Below are positions 1-12,493 of a stretch of 64,000 bases of DNA, one piece after another (position 1 is the first letter of the stretch; every line of letters starts with the position of its first letter). The position numbers were made by a program, and so were the translations under genes. The stretch comes from Calcarisporiella thermophila CBS 279.70 (Eukaryota > Fungi > Calcarisporiellomycota), in contig NW_027192194.1 of NCBI RefSeq assembly GCF_041956535.1, positions 465,444 through 529,443 of the forward strand, written 5' to 3'. Below the pieces are notes generated by a model. The model made no database searches and was not told where the DNA came from. It worked only from the letters and a program-made list of their open reading frames with translations.

Positions 1-1958
1 GATGGCCAGTCGAATTAAGGTGGCCGTCGAGGCCGTACACAAGAGCACAATACAGGCAGCGGCGCCGATGACGGGCAGGAACCAAGCAGGGCCCGGGACG
101 CGGAACCTGCGCTGCATGTGAGGCGAAGTATACCGGAGGATGATCACGCCGACGTGCACGAAGAAGAAAGCGAGAAGCGTGCCCACACTGGTCAGCTCGC
201 CCAATACGCCGATGGGGAGAATTCCGCCCAGGATGGCCACCAAGACCCCGCTGATGATGGTGGTGTAGGTCGGGGTCCCGAACTTGGGGTGGATGTAGGC
301 TGCAAAGCGGGGAAGGAGCCCGTCGCGCGCCATGGCGTAGAAAATGCGGGGCATGGCCATCAGCAGGACAAGAATGACCGAGGTGAGCCCGGCAATGGCA
401 CCCAGCTCCACGATCACGCCGAGCCAGACCATGCCCGTTTGATTGATGACCACGGCCATGGGAGCAGCCACGTTGATCAGGAGCTTGTAGTTGACCACCC
501 CCGTCATCACGAAGCACACCGCGATGTAGAGGGCGGTGCAGATGAACAGGGAGCCGAGAATCCCGATGGGGAGAGCGCGCTTCGGATCCTTGGCCTCCTG
601 GGCGGTGGTGCACACCGCGTCGAACCCGATGAAGGCGAAGAACACAAGACTGGCCGCCTGGAACACTCCCGACACTCCGTATTTACCAAAGACACCTAGA
701 GGCAAATCTGGTTAATCGCAGCCTGATCACTGAACAAGGCTAAGAATGCTCACCTTCATTGGGCGGGACAAAAGGCGTGTAGTTGTCATTGTTGATGTCC
801 TTGATGCATGCGAAAATGAACAGCAGCACGACAAACACCTTGATCGCCACGATCACGCTGTTGACGCGGGCCGACTCGCGGATCCCGAAGACCAGGATCG
901 TGGTGACCACCGCCACAATGATGATGGCGGGCAGATTGATCCCGGCGCCCGTCACCGAGAAGGAGGAGGTCTTGTCGTCCCAGCTGACGGGCGACTCGGT
1001 GACAGCCTTGCTGACATTCACGTGCAGCACATGCGAAAAGAGGTTGGTGACATAAGCCGACCTGGAAAAGAGGGGCGACTAGGTTAGCCTTGCCGCTAAC
1101 GCATTTAGGGAATCCCCGCGCTTACCAGCCCACGCTTACGGTAGCAGCCCCAACCAGATACTCCAAAATCAAGTTCCAACCTAGATCGCCATAAAGGGAA
1201 AGGGGGGAAAAAAGAGTTTAATCAGCCGAATTCCCACGTTACGAGCAGCGCCGGGGGGGGGAGGGGGACCCTTACCGATGAGCCACGATACCAACTCGCC
1301 CAGCGTTGCATACGCATAGGTGTACGCCGAGCCTGCGACGGGGATCATGGTCGCCATCTACAGCAGAAAAGCTGTGTTACCACTGAGCTCATAGGGTGTT
1401 TCAAGGGTTTCAAAGGGATGAATCATGCTATCAAACCCAATCAATTTAATCCGTCGACCAACCGGCTGAGGGATCAAATGACGTGCGGTAGCCGCCATTC
1501 CCCCACGGCTTCCGGCGGCGGACGCTGTGGGCGAAGGGGGCGCAAGAAGGACAGAACGCTTACCTCGGCATAGGATAAACCGGCCAGCGCCGACGCAAAG
1601 GCGGCGATGATGAAGGAGATCGAGATAGCGGGGCCTGCGTTCGCACCGGCAGCTTGACCTACAGCAGAGGAGGTTGGCGGGAAAAAGAGCTTAGTTCCTG
1701 CACAGCGCAGCCCCTCTTCTCGGCCGGATGGGCCGGCAGCCACGACTCACCTGTCAGCACAAAGATGCCGGTGCCGATGATGGCGCCCACTCCCACCATG
1801 ACGAGGTCGAACGGGCTGAGCGAGCGTTTGAAGGAGCCGTGGGCGGCCTCGTCGTCGAGCGAGTCCATGGTCTTGCGGTTGATGAGCTTGCGGCCGAAGC
1901 CTCGGAGCGAGTGGCCCGCGGACTTCTCGATCTGCTGCACCTCGGGTTTTTCGGGCAT
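1..1958 (-). CDS. APC-superfamily amino acid permease (cationic amino acid transporter/YfnA-like), 3' end runs off the window
   Basis: Spliced exons give MPEKPEV...DLVMVGVGAIIGTGIFVLT|GQAAGANAGPAISISFIIAAFASALAGLSYAE|MATMIPVAGSAYTYAYATLGELV..|GWNLILEY..|..INLPAIIIVAVVTTILVFGIRESARVN.. and FFAFIGFDAV; GT-AG introns at each junction. Confidence 0.92.
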
Positions 1959-2837
1959 GGTTTTTTTTTTATTTTTGGGCAATAAGCTACAGAGAGTCTA
2001 TTCGAGCGTGGGGTGGGGGGGGAGAGAGGAGGAGGAGAGAGAGAGAGCCGGGAAGAGAAGCAAAGAGCAAATAAATAGCGAGTCTAAAGCAAAACGCAGA
2101 GGAGTCTGGCTGCGGGCGAGCAGTGTAAACAAACCGGAGAGACAGCGAGGAAAGAGGAAGACAAAGGAAACAAGGGAAAAAGGGAACCGGTGTTTCGCCT
2201 TATATTTAGCGCTTGCTCGCAGTGGACGGGGGCCCAATAAGGAAGGCCACCATTATTGATGCTCAAACGGCCGTGTTCATGCGCAGGAGTTACGCCCTTC
2301 AATCGAGGCAGAACACTCGGGTGGACCAAGAAAAGTAACCGAAATGCGGGGCCGTGATTCGTCCGCCGCTTATTTCGTGTCTGATCCATTGCGGAGTGAA
2401 ACGCGCGCAATGGCGCGCGAGGATCGGTCAGTCGTGTGATCGCGCGCGGGGATTGCTCGGCTCTTGGTAAACCAGAAAGTGCGGGGGGCCAAAACCACGG
2501 CCAACCGCGTCGAGCATGGGCGGGTCAATCGGTTTGGCCCTTTCCTCTTTGGCCCCTTTTGGCAGTCCGCGTCACGTGCAATGGGATGGCCGGGCCCAGT
2601 CACCGGCCCGCCCGCCCGCGCGCGGCCTTCAGCGCCGCGCAATCCGCGACGGGATCTAAAGAGGAGTGCGAACTTCTTTAATTTGTGGGGGCACAGCGCT
2701 AAAGAAGATTGGGGCTAACTATAAAGAAGCGCTCCAAGCACTTTATTTGCAATTCCTGAGTTTCAACCAAAACCAAAAATCCAAACATGAGCACAAGATA
2801 TCGTTACAGCTGTATATACAAAAAAGGAAGGCGGGCA

Positions 2838-4341
2838 TTATAAGCACGTCCGCCAGAGCCAGAAGGTGCCGGAGTCCATCTAGGTCGGGGAGATCAGATC
2901 ACACATTAGCAAACCGGAGATGACGAAAGAGACCAAGAGACCGAAAAAATAGAAACCACGCCGCTTCTATTTTTCGCCCTCTTCTTCTTCTAGAAAACTT
3001 ACCCCAATCTCGTCAATCCAGTGCCCAACAATTCCCTCGGGCCGCAGGTAGCCGTAGTGGAGGAACCGCCCGCCGCTCGCCCCGGGATGCAACTTCCAGA
3101 ACTTGACTCGCACGCCGTCCGCCAGCGGCAGGGCCCACCCCTCCACCTCCAGCCGCTTGCCACCGTCCGAGCTCAGGCCCGCAAAGCGCGCCCGGGCATC
3201 GGTGGCGCACGCGGGCGCGGAGAGCTCGAGGCGCATCGACGTCGGACCCTTGAGTCGAAACGTGGGACCAGCACGCTCCATCGAGTAAATCCCGCTCCAC
3301 CGCCCGGCTAGATTGGCCGGCTCAGCCACAGGCAGGTGAGGGGCCTCCATGTCCCCCACGATGCGCCGGGCAAGCGGGCCGCGCTCGAAGCCCTCCAGCC
3401 CCAGCTCGTGGGCGCGGCTCATCAGCTCGAAATACTCCTCCTGCCCGCCGTTCTCCATCACCAGGTAGAGATGGATGGCGGCGAGCATGCTCTCCGGGAC
3501 GGGGCCGGACAGGTAGGCACTGCGGGACGATTTTAACTTTGTACAGGAAAACTGCGCTTCAATGTAGGTCGCACAGTCGTGAAAATAGGAATTGTAGTAG
3601 ATGTGGGAAATACTGAAGTCTAGATAAGCAGAAACACAAACCGACGGTGAATAAGAACGCAATTGTAGTTTAAATTGCACAAGCAAATGAATCAGAAAGG
3701 TTACCATAATTCGAGAGCGAGGACATGGTAAGCAGCAGGTAGGGTTGGACCTCGAGTTGCTGACGGATATGGCGGTCCAAATCGCGTACGAGAGCCACAC
3801 CGGTGTTCAGCTTCATGAGCTGTCTGACATTTTTCGACCCTAAGGGGGAAAGGGGGAGACAGGAATAAAAGCGTGGTCAGCTTTATCCGGGCGGAAAACC
3901 ACGACAATGGGCAGCACACTCACTATGCTCCATAATCATACTGTAGATTTCCCGATATTGTAATGCTCCGCTTTCATCGCCCAAGTATCTGCTGACCCCT
4001 GTTAGCACACCACACCTCCTTCGCAGCAATGCCTTGTAGCCCTCGACGAGGGGGCCGCTCGGGGGATCAAATCGGGAAAGATAGGCCGCGCGCCATGTTT
4101 GCTCGCAATCGACAAATGCACGGAGCCACCGACATGTGACGGTCAATTCCAACAGCGAGGTGGGTACCAGTCCTTCCGTCTGGCTGGTCGCAAGAAAGTG
4201 AACGATTATGCCCAGAACCTCCCATGGTAATGTCGCGAGGTGATTTTTCCTGTATTTGGACGGGGCGGCCACGTACTGTGGGGACGGGGGTGGGGATGGG
4301 AGTTGCACCACCGACGAATGAAGTAGCAATTCGGCTGCCAT
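2838..4341 (-). CDS. F-box domain protein (fungal type, C-terminal G-x-F-W-L-W motif)
   Basis: N-terminal LPWEVLGIIVHFL...LTVTCRWLRAFVDCEQTWR is F-box-like; last short exon 2838-2879 (MDSGTFWLWRTCL*) joined to GHWIDEIG by a GTAAGT...TAG intron. Confidence 0.7.
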
Positions 4342-4642
4342 GAGGGATGTGAAATAATCTCTCTGAGGAGAGATCGCAAGCAAACCGAGCGTCGGTCTAA
4401 AACAAACATCGATTGCGGCTATTAGCCTTTGGACTGGCCAAAGAAGACGCGATTATCAGCCAATAGGATGGCCGCTTTGAAGGACCAGAGCAGTCACGCA
4501 AGACATTTTTAGACGGTCTGTGTTTGAAATTTATTTCGTACGGGCCCATAGGGTTCCATTATAATCAAAGATGCATGAAGTGACGGCCTTCCTAAGAAAC
4601 CGTGGTTATTAAGGGGGAAGGCAAGGCGAAATAGAGCCCTTG

Positions 4643-5472
4643 TCATCCCCTGGCACTCGAGCCCACCTCCAGTCGTTCCAGATTGTGCTGTTCGTCCACC
4701 CAAGACGTGCAGAACTTGCATCGCACTGCTCCCTTGGGGATCTCCGATCGACAGAATTGGCAAGAGTGCTTTGGCGGTTGCTCTTCTCTCCGATGGTTAG
4801 ACTCGCGTAGGAGCACTTGGACAACTAAAATGGTATGGACACATTTCATGTTAAAGGGACATGGGGGAGAGGGGATGGAGGCGTGGCACAATTACATCGA
4901 ATGAGCCAAAAGAGAGCCAAACTGACGATAAAGAAATTGATGAGCGTCTGGGCAAACCTCCCGATGTTCCACGTCACGGCACCGTCCGCTACCATGGACA
5001 AAAAGAAGACCATTAGGTTGCTTGGAAGCGGTGGAGTTGCGCGGGACAAACAAACAAAAATTCGAGAGATTGGGCCTACCCTGTGCCTGCGCAATGGTCA
5101 TGTAGTGCATGGTGGCATTTTCGCCCTTCTTCAGCACAATGAATATATTGTTAAAGTTGCTCCCGGCCAAAAGCCCTAGTGGTGGTGATAAGATATCCTC
5201 CACCATGGACTTGGTCAAGGACTGGAAAGCAGCCCCGGACACTAAACCGACGCCAATGGCCAGTACATTCCCTTTATTCATGAATTCCTAACAGTGAAGA
5301 AGGGTTCGTTTTCTCCTAAATACTCCTTCCGGGCCTCTACCGGCTTGTCAAGAAAAATTACCAAGAATTCGTCCCATATTGTTTTTCCCCGTTCCACGAT
5401 CGTGTTGCCTCTGATTAGAAGTGAGGACCGCTCATCCTGGTCCAGGCTATTGGCGCGGTTAGCTCCGAACAT
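4643..5472 (-). CDS. mscL: MscL-like large-conductance mechanosensitive channel, copy 1, with C-terminal CxxC..CxxC zinc ribbon
   Basis: Four exons: WDEFL|EFMNKGNVLAIGVGLVSGAAFQSLTKSMVEDILSPPLG..|DGAVTWNIGRFAQTLINFFIVSLALFWLIR|..CQFCRSEIPKGAVRCKFCTS; matches MscL S1 helix, TM1 (GNV..VG...G.AF) and TM2. Confidence 0.88.
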
Positions 5473-5884
5473 GGTAGAAGTGGAGTCCAAGATCTTTCTC
5501 TTTAGAGATAAAAGTATTTATATTTGGAGAAAGGGGCTCCCTGGCACCCTATTTTTTTATAGCCCACCCTCTTTGGCCGTAAAATGAAGTGGTGATGAGC
5601 GAGGTTGCCCGCCTCGCATGACATCCTGCTTTCGTCAAGATTAAAATGCTAGCAAAATGAATAAAGCTACCCCTTTCCCCCTATTCCCTATTCCATTTCG
5701 AACTAAAGTTTGATTCGATTTGCACGATTGACCCTGTTTTTTTTTCCCCTCTGAGATTTTCCGTCGAGGCTGCCACTCCCATCACGATATTATGTTTTCT
5801 CCAAAGAAAATAAAAATACGTGTATTTTACAACAGATAAACAGGGTGCATGTATATGCATAGTCATCATTCGGGACCACATTAC

Positions 5885-6726
5885 TTAATCCTCATCGGAG
5901 CTTGTTCTTGCCTGCGTGCTGTGGGTCTCATCCGCCCATGAGGTGCAGAACTTGCATCGGAGAGCGGATTTCGGTATTTGGGCCCGGCAAAACTTGCACT
6001 TGACTTGGGGCTTGATGATCTTGTTCTTTCGCTGGAAAACCTGGAAAACTGGAGGATCGGTTGAATAACCAGGTTAATACAACACAATGGATAGGGAGGA
6101 TTGAAATCGGGGATGCTCGTTACATTGAATGAGCCAAAAGAGGGCCATGCTGACGATGAAAAAATTCGCTATCACCTGGATGAAATGGCCTATGTTCCAA
6201 GTGACGGCCCCATCCTCTGCCAGGGCCAGTTTTCGGTATCATTTCGATTGAGGAGGAGAAGTGAGCGACCCAAGTAAAACGCAACATCATAAATTCAGGG
6301 CGATTACCTTGCGCTTGTTGAACTGTGGTATAACGAGCGGTTTTATTGTTCCCGTGCTTGAGCACCACGAATAGATTCTCAAAGTTGCTTCCGAGCACAA
6401 GTCCAATTGGAGGGGACAAGATATCCTCCACCATGGACTTCGTCACAGCTTGGAAGGCAGCGCCCGACACCAGACCTACACCAATGGCAATGACATTGCC
6501 ATTGTCTATAAAATCCTAGACGTTGGGGAATGGGGGGGGGAGAGGGTCCGTGTCTTTATACCGGCGTATTTTGCAGTTATTATTCCAGAATGAGAATTAC
6601 CTTGAATTCTTCCCATAATGATCTCCCCTTGCGGACGAATCCATTTTCAAGTAGCGAAATTTGTTCATGGCGATCGTCGTTGTGATCCGTTGGAGTAATG
6701 CTTCTATCGTTGTTTCTTCCGAACAT
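5885..6726 (-). CDS. mscL: MscL-like mechanosensitive channel, copy 2 (tandem paralog)
   Basis: WEEFK|DFIDNGNVIAIGVGLVSGAAFQAVTKSMVEDILSPPIG..|DGAVTWNIGHFIQVIANFFIVSMALFWLIQ|..CKFCRAQIPKSALRCKFCTSWADE..*; same intron positions as copy 1. Confidence 0.88.
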
Positions 6727-6998
6727 TGCAATCAGGAATGCGACCAGGGTAAAGGCAAGGCGTGAAGTATTGCCACCAGAGATAAATTGGAAGGAAAAAT
6801 AAAGATGAATTGAACGCCAACCCAAAAGCCGTGGCAAGCAAACTCCGCACGAAATTTAAAGTTTGGCTTTTACCATTTTGACGGAAATGGACTCAATGAA
6901 ATTAATGCTGCGTGCAGAAAAGACAATGGCTAAGGGAGTCTTTAGAATCGCTTTAAATCCACTGTGTTCGATATATTCAATGGATTCAATCGCGAAAA

Positions 6999-7038
6999 TA
7001 CTAGAAATACACGGTAAGTACTAGAAATACACGGTAAG
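6999..7038 (+). repeat. Perfect 20-bp tandem duplication (TACTAGAAATACACGGTAAG x2)
   Basis: Read directly at 6999-7018 and 7019-7038. Confidence 0.9.
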
Positions 7039-7447
7039 AAACAGGAAGAGAAGAGGGAGGGACTTCGATAGTGGAGTACATAGGTCCCTGGTTTTGAAAA
7101 AGAATAAGGGTCACAGGGAAAGGGGTGGAAAGGAGAATTAGAACGAGGTAAAGAAGCGCCTGGTTACTCGGACTCTGGAAGAGGAATAGCTCTTTTGGTG
7201 CAAATCCAAACGCTTTCGAATATCAAAGGCAAATGAAAAATGAAAATTGGACCCTTCGATCACCCTAGGGTAAATGCCCTTCTATCAGAGGAAAGCGTCG
7301 GGTGACTCAGAAACTTTTCGTTGTATGTAGTTGAATGCTAGTTTTTGCGTCTCATGCCGGTCAATGCTATGCTAGCAGCGCAGCGGCTGTTGTGTCGATT
7401 TCGATGGCCCGCGAAACCTCTCAGACGGCACCGCGCCGCGGATTTAC

Positions 7448-8008
7448 TTACTCCTCTCTTCTATTTTGCCGGTGCTTCTCTTCCTCTCTCACTCCAATCT
7501 CCTCCTCTTCAGAAGCTATTCCGTCTTCCAGCTGGTCCTCCAGTAGAATCCCGGGCGAATGCGATTGCAAGAAAAGGCGTACATGTTCCAGATTCCCCGC
7601 ATCAAAGTGGACGAATTTGGTAGGCGTGGGAGGGGCCGATTTGCTCTTGGTTTTCAACGCTGACTTGGAGGGTTTAGAATGCCGATTGTGCTGATGATAA
7701 TGGGGATCGAGGTGAAGTGAGAGATCTTGGTTCACCATGGTGGCGTCATGGAGAGAGAGTCTGAGTTGCGAGACCGTGTTTGGACGCCGTGATTGAATGG
7801 ACGAAGGAATGGCTGCGTTGACAACGGTGTCAATACTGGTATCATTGTTGCTGCTGGTGCTTGTTATGCTATAGGTGCCGTCGTCCAGGTGAGGCAGGGG
7901 CGATGAGGGCGAGAGATGGCCGTGAGAGACGCTAATGACAGGCGGATCGCACGGAGGGGTTTTCCCCAAAGAGGAGGGCTTGAGAAGCTTGACTCGCCGG
8001 GCTGTCAT
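7448..8008 (-). CDS. Putative protein phosphatase 1 (PP1) regulatory subunit-like protein (Gac1/glycogen-targeting family N-terminal part)
   Basis: KSALK...SAPPTPTKFVHFDAGNLEHVRLF matches the SILK-like + RVxF + LEHVRxF arrangement of fungal glycogen-targeting PP1 subunits; ORF stops at 7448. Confidence 0.6.
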   Translation of the reverse strand: MTARRVKLLKPSSLGKTPPCDPPVISVSHGHLSPSSPLPHLDDGTYSITSTSSNNDTSIDTVVNAAIPSSIQSRRPNTVSQLRLSLHDATMVNQDLSLHLDPHYHQHNRHSKPSKSALKTKSKSAPPTPTKFVHFDAGNLEHVRLFLQSHSPGILLEDQLEDGIASEEEEIGVREEEKHRQNRREE

Positions 8009-9220
8009 TACCACTGGTTAGCAAGACAACCCAGTTTCCACCCAGCAATTCGAAAATTCACAAGGGATGAGTAATTGAGAAGTTAGGAGGGGAAGGATGC
8101 CTCTCTATTTGGGCGGATGTTATTTTGATTGGCCGTAAGACAATGAGAAGCATATCTAGCTAAAATCAGGATCAACACTGCGTGGGTGGACACCGCTGGT
8201 ATCCGAATTCTCTTAGGCGAACTCGAGGGAGAATGAAAGAGGATGATTGCTCCTCTCTATTGAAAACAAGGCAAGAGAAAAGCCGGTGGATCTTTTCACC
8301 CATCGGTGCTTTATCTCGGCTAATAAACCTAGAGGCTCGCTCAAACTCAGTAGCACCAGGATAGCTTACAAACATTTTGTAGGGAGTGTGAATGGTTAAG
8401 AGTCCCAGTGATAAGGCTACAAAGCATAGAGAGACGCTTGAAATAGACAAATAATAGAGGATGAGTTATTCCAGCCGCCCCACGAAGGGTTACCACGGCT
8501 CGAAATTCCTTGGATCCGAACACCAAAATTTAGGCGATCAACTACAATGGAGCCCGATATTGGATATTGGATGCCTGCGGGGATTTGGAACCCGATCAAC
8601 TTTGTCTGGGTATTGACTAATCTGAGAGAAATCGAGGAGTCTCAATAAACTTGCTTGCACAAGTGGGTTCGGGATCGGGAGTCCGTTGACTTCACGTTGG
8701 GAATCTTTATCCTTGGATTGTTTTTAATAACACGATACCCCGCCTCATTAGAGAAAGGCTCTCTAGGGTTCAATAATTTGAAGGATTGCTTTTTAAATTT
8801 GGAGGGGTTGTGCGGAGAGGCCGAAAATATCCCCGTGATTAGTTTAATCTCTCCTCAGGAATTGTGCCTATCCGATGAATCACAAAACAAAACGTCAGCG
8901 TGTATATTTTTTAGTGAAAAGAGCAAACAAGATCAACATGACAATAGCACCAATACTTCAAAATCAAAACTGTGAGCTAAAATCTTCTTTTTCATTTGCT
9001 TCTTCACATGGGGCGAAGCAGGGGCACTCAGTGTAAACAAAGGGCTAAAAAATAACTATTTTATATAGCGAGAATAAAAAAAAATAAAGCAATAAAAAAA
9101 ACATGGGTGAAAAAAAAATATTATGAAATATAAAATTGACACATTTCCAAGACTCTAGTCAAAAAAATAAAAAATAAAAGTGGTCGACGCCAACCCATTC
9201 TTATACATGTGGTAGAGGAT

Positions 9221-10765
9221 TTATTGCAGTCCACCCTCCTCATCGTCCCGATCCGTCGTTGAGACTCGCCGGAACTCCCCTCCCCGCTTGAAGAAGGTGA
9301 TCTTCCCCCGTCGCTTCGGTGACACATCCTCCTCTTCCTCCTCGTCCATGTCCACGATTGTTTCCGCATCGCGCTGGTCCTGTTGCTTGGACGGCACCAG
9401 GTCGCCATGGCGGTTGAGGCGGATGCCTGAGAACGAGAACTTGCGAAACTTGTCCTTCTCCTTAGCTGCCTTATTGACCGTCTTTTCCTCCGCGCCCTTT
9501 CGCGACTTAGAAGGCTTCATCATGTTCATGCCCATACCCATCGCAGGGTTCATCATCATCGGCTGGCGCATCATCGGCTGCTGCATCCCCATGTTCATCC
9601 CCATTGGCATCCCGCCCATCGGGGGCATGTTGGGCATGCCCATTCCCATGCCGGGCATTCCCATCGGTGGGAATCCGTTCATATTCGTGACGGGAGGAAC
9701 TGGGGTTGGGCCAGGGTTGGGGCCGGGTGGCGGTGGTTGCGTAGGTGGTGGTGGCGGCGGCGGTGGGGGAGGAGGAGGAGGAGCCTTGTTGTGTTCTGCG
9801 ATCAGGATGACCTGGAGTTTGTGACTGAACGACCAAATGACGGCCGCCCAGTATACCTAAACAAAAAGGAAAAAAAAATCGTCAATCATCTCTGGAGAGC
9901 ATCGAGGAATGGACTAGACGCCTACATAGATGATAAAAATAGAGATGAACGCGAGAATCGAAAACTTGAGCTCATCATTGTACAAACGCTCGCAGTTGAA
10001 CTGGTCCAACTGCGAGGGGAAGAGCACCTTGATGACGGTGCCGTTCAGTTGACTGGCCTGAACGCCCTCAATCACCCTCTCTGATTCCGCATTGCATTGC
10101 CTTGAAAACGAGTCCTTATTGCTCCCGAAGAGGATCAGATTGATCAACGAATCGAGGTTGTATAGGCAAACCATCACCCACACCACGTGAGAATAAGGCC
10201 GCACCAGGTAGAGTTGTTTCTAGGGTGAGTTAAAGATGAGCAATAGATAAGCAAAAGGGTGGCAAAGAAGCAGCGAAAGACTTACTAGGGCCAAGGCCAT
10301 GATTCCAAATATCGACGCTATCGCAAAGAAAAGATTGATCACTCCGAACATGATGAGAGCATTTCTATCTAGATACAGATAGAAGGCTGTTTGAGAAAAA
10401 AAAAACGTTAGTGGTTTTGTAATGTCTACCCACAAAAATAAGAGCCTTCATTTTCTTCTTTATTTTCACACATGAGCTAGAAATTAAAAGGCACACTTAC
10501 GACTTTGATTCATGAACGAAAGCGATGCAAACCATAATCCCATTCCCTAGAAGAAAGTCAGATCATCCCAATTTAGATCTCGCATCACATAAAGAATGCA
10601 AGGACTCAAATCACGCAATATTACCACCCAGATAAAGCTGATTAGGATGGAGCCGGCTTGGAGGTGGACGCAGCCGCAGCATTTACGCAGCACACTCGTG
10701 TTCACATGAAGGAGTTGCTGCACCTCCTTCATCATTGGTCTATTCTCAACGCCTATCAGAGCCAT
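9221..10765 (-). CDS. Four-TM (tetraspanin-like) membrane protein with poly-Pro and Met/Gly/Pro-rich cytoplasmic tail
   Basis: Five exons: ..KCCGCVHLQAGSILISFIWV|GMGLWFASLSFMNQS..|FYLYLDRNALIMFGVINLFFAIASIFGIMALAL|..C..C..FSILAFISIFIIY|VYWAAVIWSF..PPPPPPPP..MGMPGMGMGM..*. Confidence 0.75.
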
Positions 10766-11482
10766 TGAAATCCCCTATAATAACCAAAACGATTAGTAGA
10801 AATGGAAAGTGCTTTTATTCCCTCACTCTCTATTAACGTGGACGGATGGGTAATAGAAAAGTGCAGAGAAGAGCAAAAGGAAGAAGAAGAAGAGAATTGT
10901 GAGACAAAAAATGGGCGTGGTTCGTTCGAGGTCGGTGTGAAGCAATAATTAGATATATCAATGTCAATGCCAGTGTGAAAGATTCAACCACAAAGACGCG
11001 TAAGGGGAGAGGGTATAGAAGAGGGGGAATAGGGGCGGGAGGGAGGGCGATGAGTCGAGAAAACGACAGAGATTACAGATAAGCTCGAGTTTGTTTATCA
11101 AGACAAACGCGTAAAATAAAGGGGAAAGGAGCTTAAGCGACGCGAAGGAAAAACAGAAAAATCACCAAAAACGCGCTCGAGGCGAATCAGCGTGATCGGC
11201 CGTGGGTTTGGGTGGGACAAATGACAAGAAACGGCAACTGTTCACGAAATCCAAACGTGAACGGTGTTAATTGCAGGTAGCATGAATAATAAGCATAAAC
11301 AAAAGCGCCCGTTTTCCCAACGGACCCTCTAGCCAAGTGCTTTGCCATAGAAGCACGCCACTCCTTAAGTAGCAAATAATGATGCGTTTATTGACTTGAT
11401 ACACCAGGAAAACAAAACAAAAAAATAATATTAAGCCATGAGCACGGGTACTATTTACAAAGCCTGGCAGCCCCCCTCCCCC

Positions 11483-12493
11483 TTAATCTTCGTTGCGCCG
11501 GTAGGCGACCAGCGCGTCGATCTTGTGGACATTGGTAGAGAATGAGCGTAGCCGCACATGCTCCGCTACGCCGGAGATGAGGTGGGGGTCTGAGTCTATC
11601 CAGGTGGTGGGAACTTCAGCGTCTTTGTCGGCATAGACAAGGATGTTAAAGGTGCCTAAATAAAAAGTGGTGTCAATAATAATTCAGAAATAAAGGGCGT
11701 TGGAAAGCCTCCATCCTACATTTCTCCTCTAGCATGGGCAGGAATGTCACGCTTGCTGTTATTTGGCGGATAATTGCCTGAATCTCGGCGTGGATTTCCT
11801 TCTCGGATTTCTCGATCACCACTCCATCCGCACTAAATAGAATCCGTTGCAATAGCCATTCGAGAGCATATTGAACTCTTTATCACTTACTTTGCAGCAT
11901 TTTCTTTGTTTTCTTGGTCAACCACGTGTATATCAAATTGCCATCTCTCAAGGACTTGACGCGTCTCCTTGGACATCACTGCTAGCACCAACTTACTTAT
12001 CTTCTGTGCTGTGAGCCAAGCTAGAGTAACACGATGATTAAATATAATATTAGGATGATGGCTACAGGCGAAGAACTTGGCACTAAAACACTTACTATCG
12101 AGCTGAGTGATAATTTGTTTCAAGTAGGACTTGAGCGCATCGTCCGAGGTGACAAGCATATTGAGCCCGTATTTCTTCACCATTTTGAAATCCTCTGGGG
12201 GATAAATGGCACGTTGGAACAAAATGCTATCCAATAGAATTCATGATATGGATAAGTAAACAATGGACCATTGACCCCATTAGTGTGCTTGCAATAATGG
12301 GTTAGAGAGACAAAAGGATTCTTACCTGTTAACACTATATTCTGGTGATGTGAGAAGTGGAGTGGATAGGAGAGTCGCGTAAATATATGAGCTACCTCGT
12401 TTTCACGGAAGGGGATGACTTACCAAAAAATTCTACCACAATCTGCAGCGAACCGCGTAGAGTAATCTTGCTCCGGACATTCTCCTTCGACAT
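11483..12493 (-). CDS. MAD2: Spindle assembly checkpoint protein Mad2 (HORMA domain)
   Basis: ITLRGSLQIVVEFF|EYSVN|SILFQRAIYPPEDF..KKYGL..LERWQFDI..KSEKEIHAEIQAIIRQITASVTFLP..LRSFSTNVHKIDALVAY; includes a 16-nt micro-exon at 12326-12341. Confidence 0.96.

Noticed and set aside
118-1087. Long plus-strand ORFs (193 aa, 113 aa)
   Set aside because: Antisense shadows of the GC-rich permease exons
4609-4645. TGA-CAA stop context of MscL copy 1 as a readthrough/peroxisomal signal
   Set aside because: The extension ends in TVS, not a PTS1, and copy 2 does not share the context
1-6726. Bacterial contamination or recent HGT island (bacterial-like permease and MscL, high GC)
   Set aside because: All these genes carry spliceosomal introns and are interleaved with a eukaryotic F-box gene; any transfer is old
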